The position numbers and the translations under genes were made by a program. A stretch of DNA of 64,000 nucleotides. Origin: Eubacteriales bacterium (GTDB lineage: Bacteria; Bacillota; Clostridia; Oscillospirales; CAG-272). The notes under the pieces are model-generated. The model was not told the origin of the DNA, searched no databases, and was given only the letters and a program-made list of their open reading frames with translations. The stretch lies in contig JAZRAJ010000036.1 in NCBI GenBank assembly GCA_045634485.1, forward strand, positions 22,696-86,695, in the 5' to 3' direction. Below are positions 26,157 to 35,822 of this stretch, piece by piece (positions within the stretch are counted from its first letter, which is position 1; each line of letters begins with the position of its first letter).

Positions 26157-26384
26157 TTACGCGTTCTGCCATTCAGCAGCCTTTGCCGCCGACATTCTCT
26201 TTATGTCCTCCTTAGTGTAAGGGGAATCCTCGCCACCGTTTACATAAAGAAAATACTTACCGTTAGGAGTCTGATAAAGACTTTCCTCATATCCGGCAGG
26301 ATCTCCAAAATATCCAAAAGTGCGCTTTTCGATAAGAGCTGCGTTGTCAGTATCATACTCAACCTTGCAAATAACCTTCTTCAT
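26157..26384 (-). CDS. Small hypothetical protein (75 aa)
   Basis: The ORF has a GGAGAGG RBS. No motif was recognised. Confidence 0.5.
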   Translation of the reverse strand: MKKVICKVEYDTDNAALIEKRTFGYFGDPAGYEESLYQTPNGKYFLYVNGGEDSPYTKEDIKRMSAAKAAEWQNA

Positions 26385-26474
26385 ACCAGCCTCTCCTTTC
26401 TTTTTATTTTTTACACCTTAATTATATCACAACTATTTCGCTATTGCAATATTTTTTCAAAATATTATTTGGTA

Positions 26475-28199
26475 TTATTTTACATAAATCATACCGGCAA
26501 GCGGAACAGCAATCTCGCAAATATCGCCATCAACAACACCTGCGGAAATTCTTTCGCCCATACAGTTAAGAACGGTATATCTCTTACCCTCTGCGCCCTT
26601 TATAATAAGCGTTTTGCTTCTTGATGAATTCATTGCAATAATGCCCTTATATGCGCTACAATCGATTACCGTATCAGTGTATGCCGTAAATATTGCATTA
26701 CCTCCCTTTTCGGAGCAAGCAATACTGTATCCGCTTTCGGGGTTTGCCGCCCAAAGCTTGCCATCTATTAGAGTTTCTCTATTTTCTTTCCAAAAATGCA
26801 AATAAAAATCAAGCATCTTCTTATGCTCATCGGAAAGCTTTGCAGCTCTTACCGAGATTTGAGGCACGCTATACATAATGCTTACAAGTTGAAGCGCCGC
26901 ACTCTCAACGGTATCGTCATAATGCCACATTACCATATCCGAGTGAACCGCAGTTTTACCCGAGGTAAGACGAAGATTTATGATATTATGTCTGTTTCTA
27001 AAGCAATCGTTGGGGCAATCGCCAACACGAAGCATATTTCCGTACTTTCTTATTGCAGGTCCTACGTAGGTCTGTCTAAACTCAATAAGTATCTCGGGGT
27101 TTATCTCACGAAGCTTATCGGTAATATCTGTCATAAGAACGTCGATTGCGTCCTCAAGCGACTGATAGTCACGTCTGTCATCATCCTCAAGAGCCTTACC
27201 CTCAAGCACGAAGTTATCAATGAAGTCAAGCTTTAAGCCGTCAAGATTCCATTCTCTTGCCGCATTTGCGTAAATATCAACAAGATAGTCACGAACCTCC
27301 TTATATCGGGGGTCAAAGGTAAATACGCCCTTGGTAACCGGTGATTCTGCAAGCACCATATCCTTAAAATGCTCGTATTGCTTTGCCGCCGTGCCTATAA
27401 ACGGAACCGAGAACCAAAGCATAACCTTCATTCCAAGTGCGTGAACGTCATCCACAAATTTTCTCATATCGGGAAACTTATTGGGAGCCATCTGCCAATC
27501 TCCGCAGGTAACGTAGCCCCTGCCCTGATCGGGAGTCTGCCATCCGTCGTCAACGATAACCACGTCCATTCCAAGAGGCTTTGAAGCCGCACACTCCTTT
27601 AAAAGCTCGTCGGCAAAAAGCTCCTGATGGTAGCTGTACCAAAGAGAGTTTACAGGGAGTCTTGCATCGTCGGGAACGTAAGCGGGCTTATATCCGCACT
27701 CGTTCTCCCACCACTCGGTAACAGCGTAAACCGAATCGTAGTACGGCATATCACGAAGGTCAAGGCGAACGGTTGCCTTATATTCCTTAAGAGGCGCAAC
27801 CTTTATAGTGAAAAATCTAACGTGACATTCAATGCAAGCGTTATGCTCGTGAACTCCGCTTGCTATTGCCGTGGGAGTTTTTGCATCGGATATTGCAATT
27901 GTGAGTCGGTTTCTGCCGTCTGCCGACACGAGTGCGTGAAGCGGCATCCAAGCGGCAAGACGCGAGGGGCTTACCTTTTTTTGCCACGTAACGCCGATAT
28001 ATCTATCGTATCTTACGCTCGGACTCCAAACCGAATATATATCTACACTCGGAACGTTAAATATAACCGAGAATTGCTCGGGGATTTCGGGAGTATCGAA
28101 GCTTACGTTTACATCAAACGTAAGTATACCGTCCTTTTCTATTTGGTTGTCAACAGATATTTTTGCATTGGGACTTCCGCCCTTTATACTAAATTCCAT
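26475..28199 (-). CDS. Alpha-galactosidase-like glycoside hydrolase (clan GH-D, GH36-like)
   Basis: Motifs are VIVDDGWQ, GDW....KFP, GMKVMLWF and DGLKLDFID, as in melibiase-type enzymes. No signal peptide is present. Confidence 0.65.
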   Translation of the reverse strand: MEFSIKGGSPNAKISVDNQIEKDGILTFDVNVSFDTPEIPEQFSVIFNVPSVDIYSVWSPSVRYDRYIGVTWQKKVSPSRLAAWMPLHALVSADGRNRLTIAISDAKTPTAIASGVHEHNACIECHVRFFTIKVAPLKEYKATVRLDLRDMPYYDSVYAVTEWWENECGYKPAYVPDDARLPVNSLWYSYHQELFADELLKECAASKPLGMDVVIVDDGWQTPDQGRGYVTCGDWQMAPNKFPDMRKFVDDVHALGMKVMLWFSVPFIGTAAKQYEHFKDMVLAESPVTKGVFTFDPRYKEVRDYLVDIYANAAREWNLDGLKLDFIDNFVLEGKALEDDDRRDYQSLEDAIDVLMTDITDKLREINPEILIEFRQTYVGPAIRKYGNMLRVGDCPNDCFRNRHNIINLRLTSGKTAVHSDMVMWHYDDTVESAALQLVSIMYSVPQISVRAAKLSDEHKKMLDFYLHFWKENRETLIDGKLWAANPESGYSIACSEKGGNAIFTAYTDTVIDCSAYKGIIAMNSSRSKTLIIKGAEGKRYTVLNCMGERISAGVVDGDICEIAVPLAGMIYVK

Positions 28200-28377
28200 T
28201 TTTTACCTCCTTAAATGCATTTAATTGATTTAATTATACCATACGCAAGGACGAGTTGCAAGAGAATACGAAAATTTATATAATATTTTTTGTTTTCAAA
28301 TTATTGACACGATTTTTTGGATATGATATAATCTATTTAAAATATTATTTATTAAATATCTGAAAGGAGAAGGATCT

Positions 28378-31323
28378 GTGTTAGAGGTAAAAAATCTATC
28401 AAAAATCTACAAATCCACGGTCAAGGGCGGAGTTGACACCAAGGCGCTTGACAACGTTTCGCTAAAGTTCCCCGACAAGGGAATGGTTTTTCTTTTGGGT
28501 AAAAGCGGAAGCGGTAAATCAACCCTACTTAACGTCTGCGGTGGACTTGACGCTCCCACGAGCGGAGAAATAATCGTTAAGGGCAAAAGCTCAAAAAGCT
28601 TTTCGCAAAGTGACTTTGACAGCTACCGCAACACCTTCGTAGGCTTTATATTTCAGGAATACAACATATTAAACGAATTTACGGTTGAGGACAATATTGC
28701 GCTTGCGCTTGAGCTTCAGGGCAAGCCTAAGGACAAAAAGGCTATCGCCGCACTCCTTGAGCAGGTTGACCTTTCGGGCTTTGCAAAGCGCAAGCCGAAC
28801 ACCCTCTCGGGCGGTCAAAAGCAAAGAATTGCTATAGCGCGCGCACTCGTTAAATCTCCCGAAATAATTATGGCGGACGAGCCTACGGGAGCGCTCGACT
28901 CGGCTACGGGTAAGCAAGTGTTTGACACGCTTAAAAAGCTTTCGGCAGACAAGCTCGTTATCGTCGTTTCTCACGACAGAGATTTTGCCGAGCTTTACGG
29001 CGACCGTATTATTGAATTAAAGGACGGTAAAATACTTTCGGATATTTCAAAAACCGAGCAGGAGCAAAAGGCGCTTACCGACTCTATAAGTGAGATTGAC
29101 GGCGTGCTTTGCATTAAGCAGGGCGCTTCACTTAGCGAAAAGGACTTTGCCGAAATAAAAAGCTTTCTTGCAAAATCAAGCGGCGACGTTATTATCGCCA
29201 AGGACGAGCGTGACGTATCCGCATTTAAAAAGGCGGCTCATATTACCGACGACGGCTCAAGAGAATATTTTGCCGACACCGACGAGGATAAGCTTGACAT
29301 AAAGCAATACACCCCCGCAGACAGTAAATTTATTCGCTCAAAGCTTCCGCTTCGTCACGCATCAAAGATAGGCATTTCGAGCCTTAAGAACAAGCCCTTT
29401 AGACTTATACTTACTATAATTCTCTGCACCGTTTCCTTTGTTCTTTTTGGCTTGCTTTCCACGCTTACCTTCTACAACAGTGAGGCTATGTTTAAGCAAA
29501 CGCTTGCCGACACAAATCGAGAATTTGTAGTGCTTGAAAATAATTATCTTGCAACCATTAAATTCTACGAAAACGGCGAGCTTATGTACGAATATGATGA
29601 CTCCTACCCCGCCGTCTTTAACGAAAACGATATTAAGGAGCTTGCGACTATCTTTGGTAATGACGTATTCGGCGCAACTTCCTCCTTTGGTATGGAATAC
29701 AACGTGCGCGCCCGTACATCTGACTATTGGTACAACTCAATTTCGGCAATTGCCTACATACCCGAGGATAACACATTTAGAAACAGAATAAACGGTAGCT
29801 ACCCCGAAAAAGACGATGAAATTTGCATATCCCGATATTCTGCGGAAATGCTTATTGCATCGCAAGCAACCGACCGCAACGGAAAAGCACTTGATGCAAG
29901 CACACCCGAGGAGCTTATTGGAAAATATATACTGATTTCTGGTGAGGAATTTAAGGTTGTCGGCATATTCGACTGCGGCACTCTTGACCCTAAATTTGAG
30001 GAATTAAAAACAAACACCGAAAAGAACTATTCCTTGCTTAACGAATTTGAATTTGAGCTTAATGACGGAATGTATCTTTTAACATTGTTCTCCAAGGAAA
30101 CGTTTGAAAATCTCTCAAACAAGCTATCAAAATTTGCATCTGCCTTTGAAAACGAAACACGAAGCTTTGGTACGCTTATTATCCCCAACGTTGAGCACGG
30201 AGTATCGGAATATCCCGAATATCGCTACAAGGACGCCTCAAAGGTTTCTAAATACGATATTAAGTATTTTGACCCACAAAAGACCACGCTTAACGATAAC
30301 GAGCTTCTTTTAAATCAAAATCTTTGGATGTCAAATCTTTACGCTATACTTGATACCAAATACCCACAAAATGCAGAGTTCACCGAGGAAGAGTATAAAC
30401 ATATCAACGACCTACGAACCGAAATCGACTTCATTATGCGCGGTGAGAAATATGAAATTTCCGAAAACGGTGAAATTGTAAATCAGCTCCCACTTACCAA
30501 CAAGGAAAAGGATGATATTCTTGCACGACTTTTGAAGGAATTAAGCGATATTAATATATCCTTTGAGCTTACCCCCTCGGATTCGGATAACATTAGAATT
30601 GGAGAGCCTACCACATACACCGTTGTTGGAATTGTAAACGACGATGACTACGGCACGGCATATATTACCGAAGCAGAATACGACAAGCATTGGAGCAATC
30701 AATTTAAAGCCCTTGAATATTGCAACGTTATGGAGACCAACTATACATCCGACGGTGGCACAAGCTATTCCTTGGTTTATGCTCCCTTTACTAACACCAA
30801 TACGCAAAAAAATCTTCTTTGGGATATACACTCTAACAAGGAATTTAACGAAAATTCAACAAGAGTTTCGGTTAGCGGTGCATACATTTCCGAGCTTGAT
30901 ATGATAGACGAATTAGTACAGTCACTATCTCAGGTATTTCTCTACGTTGGACTTGTATTTGCGCTCTTTGCAATACTTCTCTTCTCCAATTTCATATCAA
31001 CCTCTATATCTCAAAAGCGACACGAGATAGGAATTTTGCGTGCGGTTGGTGCAAGAGGCGTTGACGTATTTAAGATATTCTTCTCGGAATCCTTCGTTAT
31101 CGCATTCATTTGCTCGCTGATATCTATTATCCTCACGAACATAGTATGTGCGGCGCTTAACTCGTCTATCGCATCCGAGCTTGGTGCATCGATATTCGTA
31201 TTCGGTCCCTTCTCGATATTGATAGTAGTTGCAACCGCTCTCGTTACGGCTATACTCGCAACCTTCGTTCCCGTATGGCTTGCGGCACGAAAGAAGCCTG
31301 TTGAATCTATTAGAGCGATTTGA
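28378..31323 (+). CDS. Fused ABC transporter ATP-binding/permease protein (MacB/FtsX-type) with a very large extracytoplasmic domain
   Basis: The start is GTG behind AAAGGAG. Walker A is GKSGSGKST, the signature is LSGGQKQR and Walker B is IIMADEPT. A TM helix lies near aa 340, followed by a ~500-aa loop and a C-terminal FtsX-like 3-TM bundle (HEIGILRAVGA). Confidence 0.8.
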   Translation: MLEVKNLSKIYKSTVKGGVDTKALDNVSLKFPDKGMVFLLGKSGSGKSTLLNVCGGLDAPTSGEIIVKGKSSKSFSQSDFDSYRNTFVGFIFQEYNILNEFTVEDNIALALELQGKPKDKKAIAALLEQVDLSGFAKRKPNTLSGGQKQRIAIARALVKSPEIIMADEPTGALDSATGKQVFDTLKKLSADKLVIVVSHDRDFAELYGDRIIELKDGKILSDISKTEQEQKALTDSISEIDGVLCIKQGASLSEKDFAEIKSFLAKSSGDVIIAKDERDVSAFKKAAHITDDGSREYFADTDEDKLDIKQYTPADSKFIRSKLPLRHASKIGISSLKNKPFRLILTIILCTVSFVLFGLLSTLTFYNSEAMFKQTLADTNREFVVLENNYLATIKFYENGELMYEYDDSYPAVFNENDIKELATIFGNDVFGATSSFGMEYNVRARTSDYWYNSISAIAYIPEDNTFRNRINGSYPEKDDEICISRYSAEMLIASQATDRNGKALDASTPEELIGKYILISGEEFKVVGIFDCGTLDPKFEELKTNTEKNYSLLNEFEFELNDGMYLLTLFSKETFENLSNKLSKFASAFENETRSFGTLIIPNVEHGVSEYPEYRYKDASKVSKYDIKYFDPQKTTLNDNELLLNQNLWMSNLYAILDTKYPQNAEFTEEEYKHINDLRTEIDFIMRGEKYEISENGEIVNQLPLTNKEKDDILARLLKELSDINISFELTPSDSDNIRIGEPTTYTVVGIVNDDDYGTAYITEAEYDKHWSNQFKALEYCNVMETNYTSDGGTSYSLVYAPFTNTNTQKNLLWDIHSNKEFNENSTRVSVSGAYISELDMIDELVQSLSQVFLYVGLVFALFAILLFSNFISTSISQKRHEIGILRAVGARGVDVFKIFFSESFVIAFICSLISIILTNIVCAALNSSIASELGASIFVFGPFSILIVVATALVTAILATFVPVWLAARKKPVESIRAI

Positions 31324-31342
31324 TATTATAAATATTTATTGC

Positions 31343-31418
31343 GGGGAAAAGCTTTCTTAAAAGAAAGCTTTTCCCCGTACCCCTTTTCAAAGAATTTTTG
31401 AAATGGGGATATTTTTTG
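31343..31418 (+). terminator. Tandem hairpins downstream of the ABC gene (terminator / REP-like)
   Basis: The first hairpin is GGGGAAAAGCTTTCTT aa AAGAAAGCTTTTCCCC. The second is CCCCTTTTCAAA...TTTGAAATGGGG, followed by TTTTTT. Confidence 0.6.
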
Positions 31419-31526
31419 CCGTAATTAATGCGCTCGCCCCCTCGTGTCATCCTGAGCCCTTGAATGTGGTATAATATATTTAATAAAAAAGCAAATGACA
31501 AAATGACAGTCAAAGAAAGGGATATT

Positions 31527-31829
31527 ATGCCAAAAGGAGAACGAAAAGAATATAGCAAAGAATTCAAATTAACAGCAGTTCATTTAATGAAAAGTGGTTT
31601 ATTTAAACCCCAAGAAATATTTAAAATGTTAGGCGGAGTAGATCGTCAAACTGTCTATCGTTGGGTAAAAGAATATGAAAAGGACGGTGAAGCTGCCTTT
31701 GACAGTAAAGCTGTTCTCCCCGGAAGTGAATTGACAAGAATTCAAAAAGAAAATGAAGAATTGCGATTGGAAAATGAAATACTAAAAAAAGCTACGGCAT
31801 ACTTTGCAAAACTGAACGTGAAAAAGTAG
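31527..31829 (+). CDS. IS3 transposase OrfA (HTH plus leucine zipper)
   Basis: The sequence MPKGERKEYSKEFKLTAVHL...TVYRWVKEY contains the HTH. The C-terminal LxxxxxxL heptads are LTRIQKENEELRLENEILKK. Confidence 0.8.
   Translation: MPKGERKEYSKEFKLTAVHLMKSGLFKPQEIFKMLGGVDRQTVYRWVKEYEKDGEAAFDSKAVLPGSELTRIQKENEELRLENEILKKATAYFAKLNVKK
31784..31791 (+). other. Probable -1 programmed ribosomal frameshift site (A AAA AAA G) joining OrfA to OrfB
   Basis: AAAAAAAG lies at the end of OrfA. The -1 frame is open from here through to the DDE domain. Confidence 0.65.
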
Positions 31830-32668
31830 AATTTGCAACGAGAGAGCTGCGGGAATATCCTGCGCGCAAGGTATGCAACATTTTAGGAATCAAGCTCTCT
31901 GCTTATTATTATAGAAAAAAGCATCCCATAAAGCCTAAATTTTCTAATGAATCCGAAAATGTCATAAGAATGTTTAAAAAGCACTTCGGCAATTTCGGAC
32001 GACGAGTTATACATAAACAGCTCCTAAAAGATGGTATAAAAATATCTGAACATAAAATAGGAGCAATACTCAAAACTCATGGCTTACGCTCAAAATATGG
32101 GCGTAAAAAGGGTAAAAACGTACATACGGCTGAACAAGTGAGCGAAAAATATATATTGGAAAATATATTTCCTATTCTTACTGATGCAGAACGTAAAAAG
32201 CATATATTAAGTATGGATTTTACAGAACAAAAGGTAAATGGTAAGAAAATATATACTTGCGGTGCTATTAACGTCAATACAAAAGTGTTAGAAGCGGAAT
32301 TGTGCGGATGCCGTAATAATAGTCAGGCAGCATGCGAAACAGTGGAATTAGCAATTAAAGAATTTGGAGTTCCGTATATGATAATGACCGATAGAGGAAG
32401 CCCCTTCGTAAGTAAGTCATTTCATGACCTGTTAGAGCGATATGGAATAAGACACAGTATGTCACGTCCACATACACCGTCTGATAATTGTTTTATAGAA
32501 ACATTTTGGAAGAGTATGAAAACCGAGCTTGGAAACGTAGAGAAATATACAGCCGAGCAATATATGCTTGTAATGGCTTTTTACAGATATTATTACAACA
32601 CCGAGCGCCCGGACAGTACCCTCGGGTACTGTGGGCCATTGGCAGCTCTTCCTCAATGTGTCATTTAA
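31787..32668 (+). CDS. IS3 transposase OrfB (rve DDE integrase domain), expressed as an OrfAB fusion
   Basis: The -1 frame is open from 31787 (..EFATRELREYPARKVCNILGIKLSAYYY..). The DDE candidates are SMDFT, MIMTDRGSPF and CFIETFWKSMK. The first ATG in this frame is at 31970. Confidence 0.75.
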   Translation, partial: KSYGILCKTEREKVEFATRELREYPARKVCNILGIKLSAYYYRKKHPIKPKFSNESENVIRMFKKHFGNFGRRVIHKQLLKDGIKISEHKIGAILKTHGLRSKYGRKKGKNVHTAEQVSEKYILENIFPILTDAERKKHILSMDFTEQKVNGKKIYTCGAINVNTKVLEAELCGCRNNSQAACETVELAIKEFGVPYMIMTDRGSPFVSKSFHDLLERYGIRHSMSRPHTPSDNCFIETFWKSMKTELGNVEKYTAEQYMLVMAFYRYYYNTERPDSTLGYCGPLAALPQCVI

Positions 32669-32736
32669 TTTCTTAATTTTTTTCAAAAAAATTGTACCAA
32701 TTTCCTTAAATATATTACATATTCGCCAATAAAATC

Positions 32737-32765
32737 TTGATTTTTACACTTATCTGTTGTATAAT
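32737..32765 (+). promoter_or_regulatory. Sigma-A promoter of radA
   Basis: TTGATT (32737-32742), a 17-nt spacer, then TATAAT (32760-32765). It starts ~9 bp after the estimated right end of the IS. Confidence 0.6.
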
Positions 32766-32793
32766 ATTCTTATACTACATTTACGAGGTATTT

Positions 32794-34179
32794 ATGAAAG
32801 GCTTAAAAACTGTTTATATATGCTCAAGCTGTGAGTACGTAAGCCCCAAATGGCTTGGAAAATGCCCAAAGTGTAACTCATGGAACACCTTTGTTGAGGA
32901 CGTCGAGCAGGCTACCCCCACCGCATCGGTTAAGGCTCGCCCCTCGGTTCTCTTCTCGGGCGACAGTCACGCAAAGAGCTTTGACGAGCTTACCACGTCG
33001 GAATACATTCGCTCCAACACAGGTCTTTCCGAGCTTGACCGAGTTTTAGGCGGTGGACTCGTTCTCGGCTCTGCGGTGCTTATTTCGGGCGAGCCGGGTA
33101 TTGGTAAGTCAACTCTGCTTTTACAAATATGCGACACTCTCGGTGCGCAAAAAAGAGTTCTCTACGTTTCGGGCGAGGAATCCACGGGGCAGATAAAGCT
33201 TCGCGCCGAGCGCCTTTGCGTTAGCGGTAAAAATCTTTATATCCTTACCGAAACAAACATTGAAAAAATCCTCTCGGAGGCTAAAAAAATAAGCCCCGAC
33301 GTTATCATAGTCGACTCTGTGCAAACAATGTATTCGGATGCAATTGCCTCCTCCCCCGGTAGCGTTTCCAACGTAAAGGAGGTTGCGCTCTCCTTTATCA
33401 GCAAGGCAAAAAACGAGGGAGTTTCGGTAATTTTAGTAGGTCACGTTAACAAGGAGGGCGGTATTGCGGGCCCCAAGGTGCTTGAGCATATGGTTGACGC
33501 CGTGCTTAACTTTGAGGGCGACAAACGCCAAAGCTACCGCATCATCCGTGCGCAGAAGAACCGCTTTGGCTCTACTAACGAGATAGGCGTTTTTGAGATG
33601 ACCGACAAGGGGCTTCGTCAGGTGCCTAACCCCTCCGAGCTTTTGCTCTCCGACCGTCCAACCGATATTTCAGGAAACTGTGCCGTTTGTACCATAGAGG
33701 GAACTCGACCAATCGTTGCGGAAATTCAGGCTCTCGTTACGCCGAGTGCCTTCCCCGCTCCGCGCCGAACCTCAAACGGAATCGATTATAACCGCACCTG
33801 CTTAATTCTTGCCGTGCTTGAAAAGCGACTCGGACTTAAGTTCTCGTCAAACGACGTTTACCTTAACGTAATTGGCGGACTTGAAATCGACGAGCCTGCA
33901 TCCGACCTTGGTATTGCTATGGCTCTTATCTCATCGCTTACCGACAAAAAAATCCCCGATGACTTAATTGCCATTGGAGAAATAGGTCTTGCAGGCGAAT
34001 GCCGAGGAATATCAAGCATCGAGCAGCGTGTTAAGGAGGCGGCTCGCCTTGGCTTTACCACGGCTCTTATCCCTGCAAGCAACGCATCTAACTGCCCTAA
34101 AATAGACGGTATAAAAATATACTCCGTAAAAACGATTTACGACGTTTTGAAATTCTTAAAAACCGAAAACAAAAATTAA
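32794..34179 (+). CDS. radA: DNA repair protein RadA/Sms
   Basis: The zinc finger is CSSCEYVSPKWLGKCPKCNSWNTF. Walker A is GEPGIGKST, the KNRFG motif is present, and there is a Lon-like C-terminal domain. I chose the start MKGLK at 32794. Confidence 0.95.
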   Translation: MKGLKTVYICSSCEYVSPKWLGKCPKCNSWNTFVEDVEQATPTASVKARPSVLFSGDSHAKSFDELTTSEYIRSNTGLSELDRVLGGGLVLGSAVLISGEPGIGKSTLLLQICDTLGAQKRVLYVSGEESTGQIKLRAERLCVSGKNLYILTETNIEKILSEAKKISPDVIIVDSVQTMYSDAIASSPGSVSNVKEVALSFISKAKNEGVSVILVGHVNKEGGIAGPKVLEHMVDAVLNFEGDKRQSYRIIRAQKNRFGSTNEIGVFEMTDKGLRQVPNPSELLLSDRPTDISGNCAVCTIEGTRPIVAEIQALVTPSAFPAPRRTSNGIDYNRTCLILAVLEKRLGLKFSSNDVYLNVIGGLEIDEPASDLGIAMALISSLTDKKIPDDLIAIGEIGLAGECRGISSIEQRVKEAARLGFTTALIPASNASNCPKIDGIKIYSVKTIYDVLKFLKTENKN

Positions 34180-34203
34180 TCTATAAGCAAGGAGAAACAA
34201 AAA

Positions 34204-35361
34204 ATGGAAGCATTAAAGAACTATTCTTGGCTTCGCGGTGTAAATCACTACATCTGTGACGAAGCAACCACACGTCAGCAATTAAGCTACCGAAAGCGTG
34301 TAAATCTTAACTCAATAAGAATTTGGCTTGTTGCCGAGGAATGGGCAGAAAACCCGAAGGCGTTTTGCGATGAGCTTCGCAATTATATTCGCATCTGCTA
34401 CGATTGCGGATACACCGTAATGCCTATTTTGCTCAACGGAAATCGCTTTAAAACCGAATACGTTGAGGAAGCAAATATGAAATTTCTTGACGAATACGTA
34501 TCCTACGTTGTAAACGAGATAAAGGACGAGGAAGGACTTTTGATGTGGGATATTATGAACGAGCCCTCATACAATCCTTGGCTTCTCGAAAAGGGTATTT
34601 CCGAGGATGAGTTTAAATACCGCACCGAAAGAATTTGGGATTTTGTTCGCCACTACTGTAAGCTTGTTAAAGAGCTCGACCCCAAGACAGCAACAACTGT
34701 TGGACACACAAGAGGCTATGAAATTGAATACACCGCAGACGACGTTGACGTTTTCTCGTTCCACGATTACAGTGCAACCAAGGCTAAGTGTATGAAGAAT
34801 TACGCAACCGCAGATGCTCTTGCAAAAAAGTACGGAAAGCCTGTAATTCAAACAGAAACAGGTTGCCTTGCGCGTTGCAATCCATACGATATGTGCCTTG
34901 AGGTTTGCAACCACTTCAATATGGGTTGGATGCTCTTTGAGCTTATGATTCACGACCGCTGCGACACCGAGCACGGAATTTTCTACCCCGACGGAACAGT
35001 TCGCGACCCTGCTACTATTGCGGCTATGTTTGGTTGCTACCGTAACAGAGGCGATTCGATAATCGTTCCCCTCCCCAACCGTGAGGGCGCGGCTAACAAT
35101 TGCGTTAACGCAATTAAAAAGGCTCTTTCCGAGTACACCGAGGATTGCTTTGACTACCGCCGTTCAAACGTTGACGATTTGCTCAATGCTTGCGAAAAAG
35201 CGGCTAACCTCCTTGAATGCTGCGATATGATACCTATGGCATATCCTCCCACGGCAAAGATAAATCGCTACAGAGCGATGGAAAATCCGCCTCTTGACGA
35301 AATCCGTGTTCTTGCATTTGAGCTTGCAAAAACTCTCAAGGAAATTTGTCAGATACTTTAA
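34204..35361 (+). CDS. Cytoplasmic clan GH-A glycoside hydrolase (GH5-like)
   Basis: WDIMNEP is the acid/base NEP motif and IQTETG is the candidate nucleophile Glu. No signal peptide is present. Confidence 0.55.
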   Translation: MEALKNYSWLRGVNHYICDEATTRQQLSYRKRVNLNSIRIWLVAEEWAENPKAFCDELRNYIRICYDCGYTVMPILLNGNRFKTEYVEEANMKFLDEYVSYVVNEIKDEEGLLMWDIMNEPSYNPWLLEKGISEDEFKYRTERIWDFVRHYCKLVKELDPKTATTVGHTRGYEIEYTADDVDVFSFHDYSATKAKCMKNYATADALAKKYGKPVIQTETGCLARCNPYDMCLEVCNHFNMGWMLFELMIHDRCDTEHGIFYPDGTVRDPATIAAMFGCYRNRGDSIIVPLPNREGAANNCVNAIKKALSEYTEDCFDYRRSNVDDLLNACEKAANLLECCDMIPMAYPPTAKINRYRAMENPPLDEIRVLAFELAKTLKEICQIL

Positions 35362-35377
35362 TTTCTAATATCTATAA

Positions 35378-35430
35378 AAATAAATACGGGATATCACTGA
35401 CGTAAAAATCGTGATATCCCGTATATTTTA
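35378..35430. terminator. Bidirectional hairpin with a 14-bp perfect stem
   Basis: ATACGGGATATCAC (35384-35397) pairs with GTGATATCCCGTAT (35411-35424) and is AT-flanked. Confidence 0.6.
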
Positions 35431-35458
35431 TTATATTAATTCGTATGTTAAATGCATT

Positions 35459-35806
35459 TTAAGATATATCAAAGAATACCCAAGCAAGAATAGCCCAGAC
35501 AAACGTTGTGGTAATGCCGTTGATAATAGCATCAAACTCAAACGTCATAACAGAAAGGATAAAGCTTGTCATCGCAAGGAAAAATACTATTACCGCAATA
35601 ACTCTGCAAGCCTTTGCAGTTGACTTCGAGATGCCCATTATTCCAAGAACGAACATCAAAAGTCCAAGTATAGAGTTAAGCGCGAGTATTCCCTTGAAAT
35701 CACCGTCAAAAAGACTTGCGGCTGCATCTATTGCAAAGCCGAGTCCAAGTGCGATAAATGCAATACTTGTAAAAACTCTTGTTATACTTCCGCTTTTAAT
35801 CGACAT
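35459..35806 (-). CDS. Small hypothetical membrane protein (4 predicted TM helices)
   Basis: It is hydrophobic throughout and has an AGGAGAGG RBS. Confidence 0.55.
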   Translation of the reverse strand: MSIKSGSITRVFTSIAFIALGLGFAIDAAASLFDGDFKGILALNSILGLLMFVLGIMGISKSTAKACRVIAVIVFFLAMTSFILSVMTFEFDAIINGITTTFVWAILAWVFFDIS

Positions 35807-35822
35807 AAGCCTCTCCTTTTAA

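Larger units (their letters stand above)
31461..32728 (+). mobile_element. IS3-family insertion sequence (approx. 1.27 kb), apparently intact
   Basis: OrfA and OrfB lie in the 0/-1 frame arrangement with an A7G slippery site. The imperfect terminal inverted repeats are TG..TATAATATATTTAA (left, ~31461-31483) and TTAAATATATTACA..CCA (right, ~31706 offset, 32706-32728). The ends are approximate, and I could not identify a clear target-site duplication. Confidence 0.75.
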
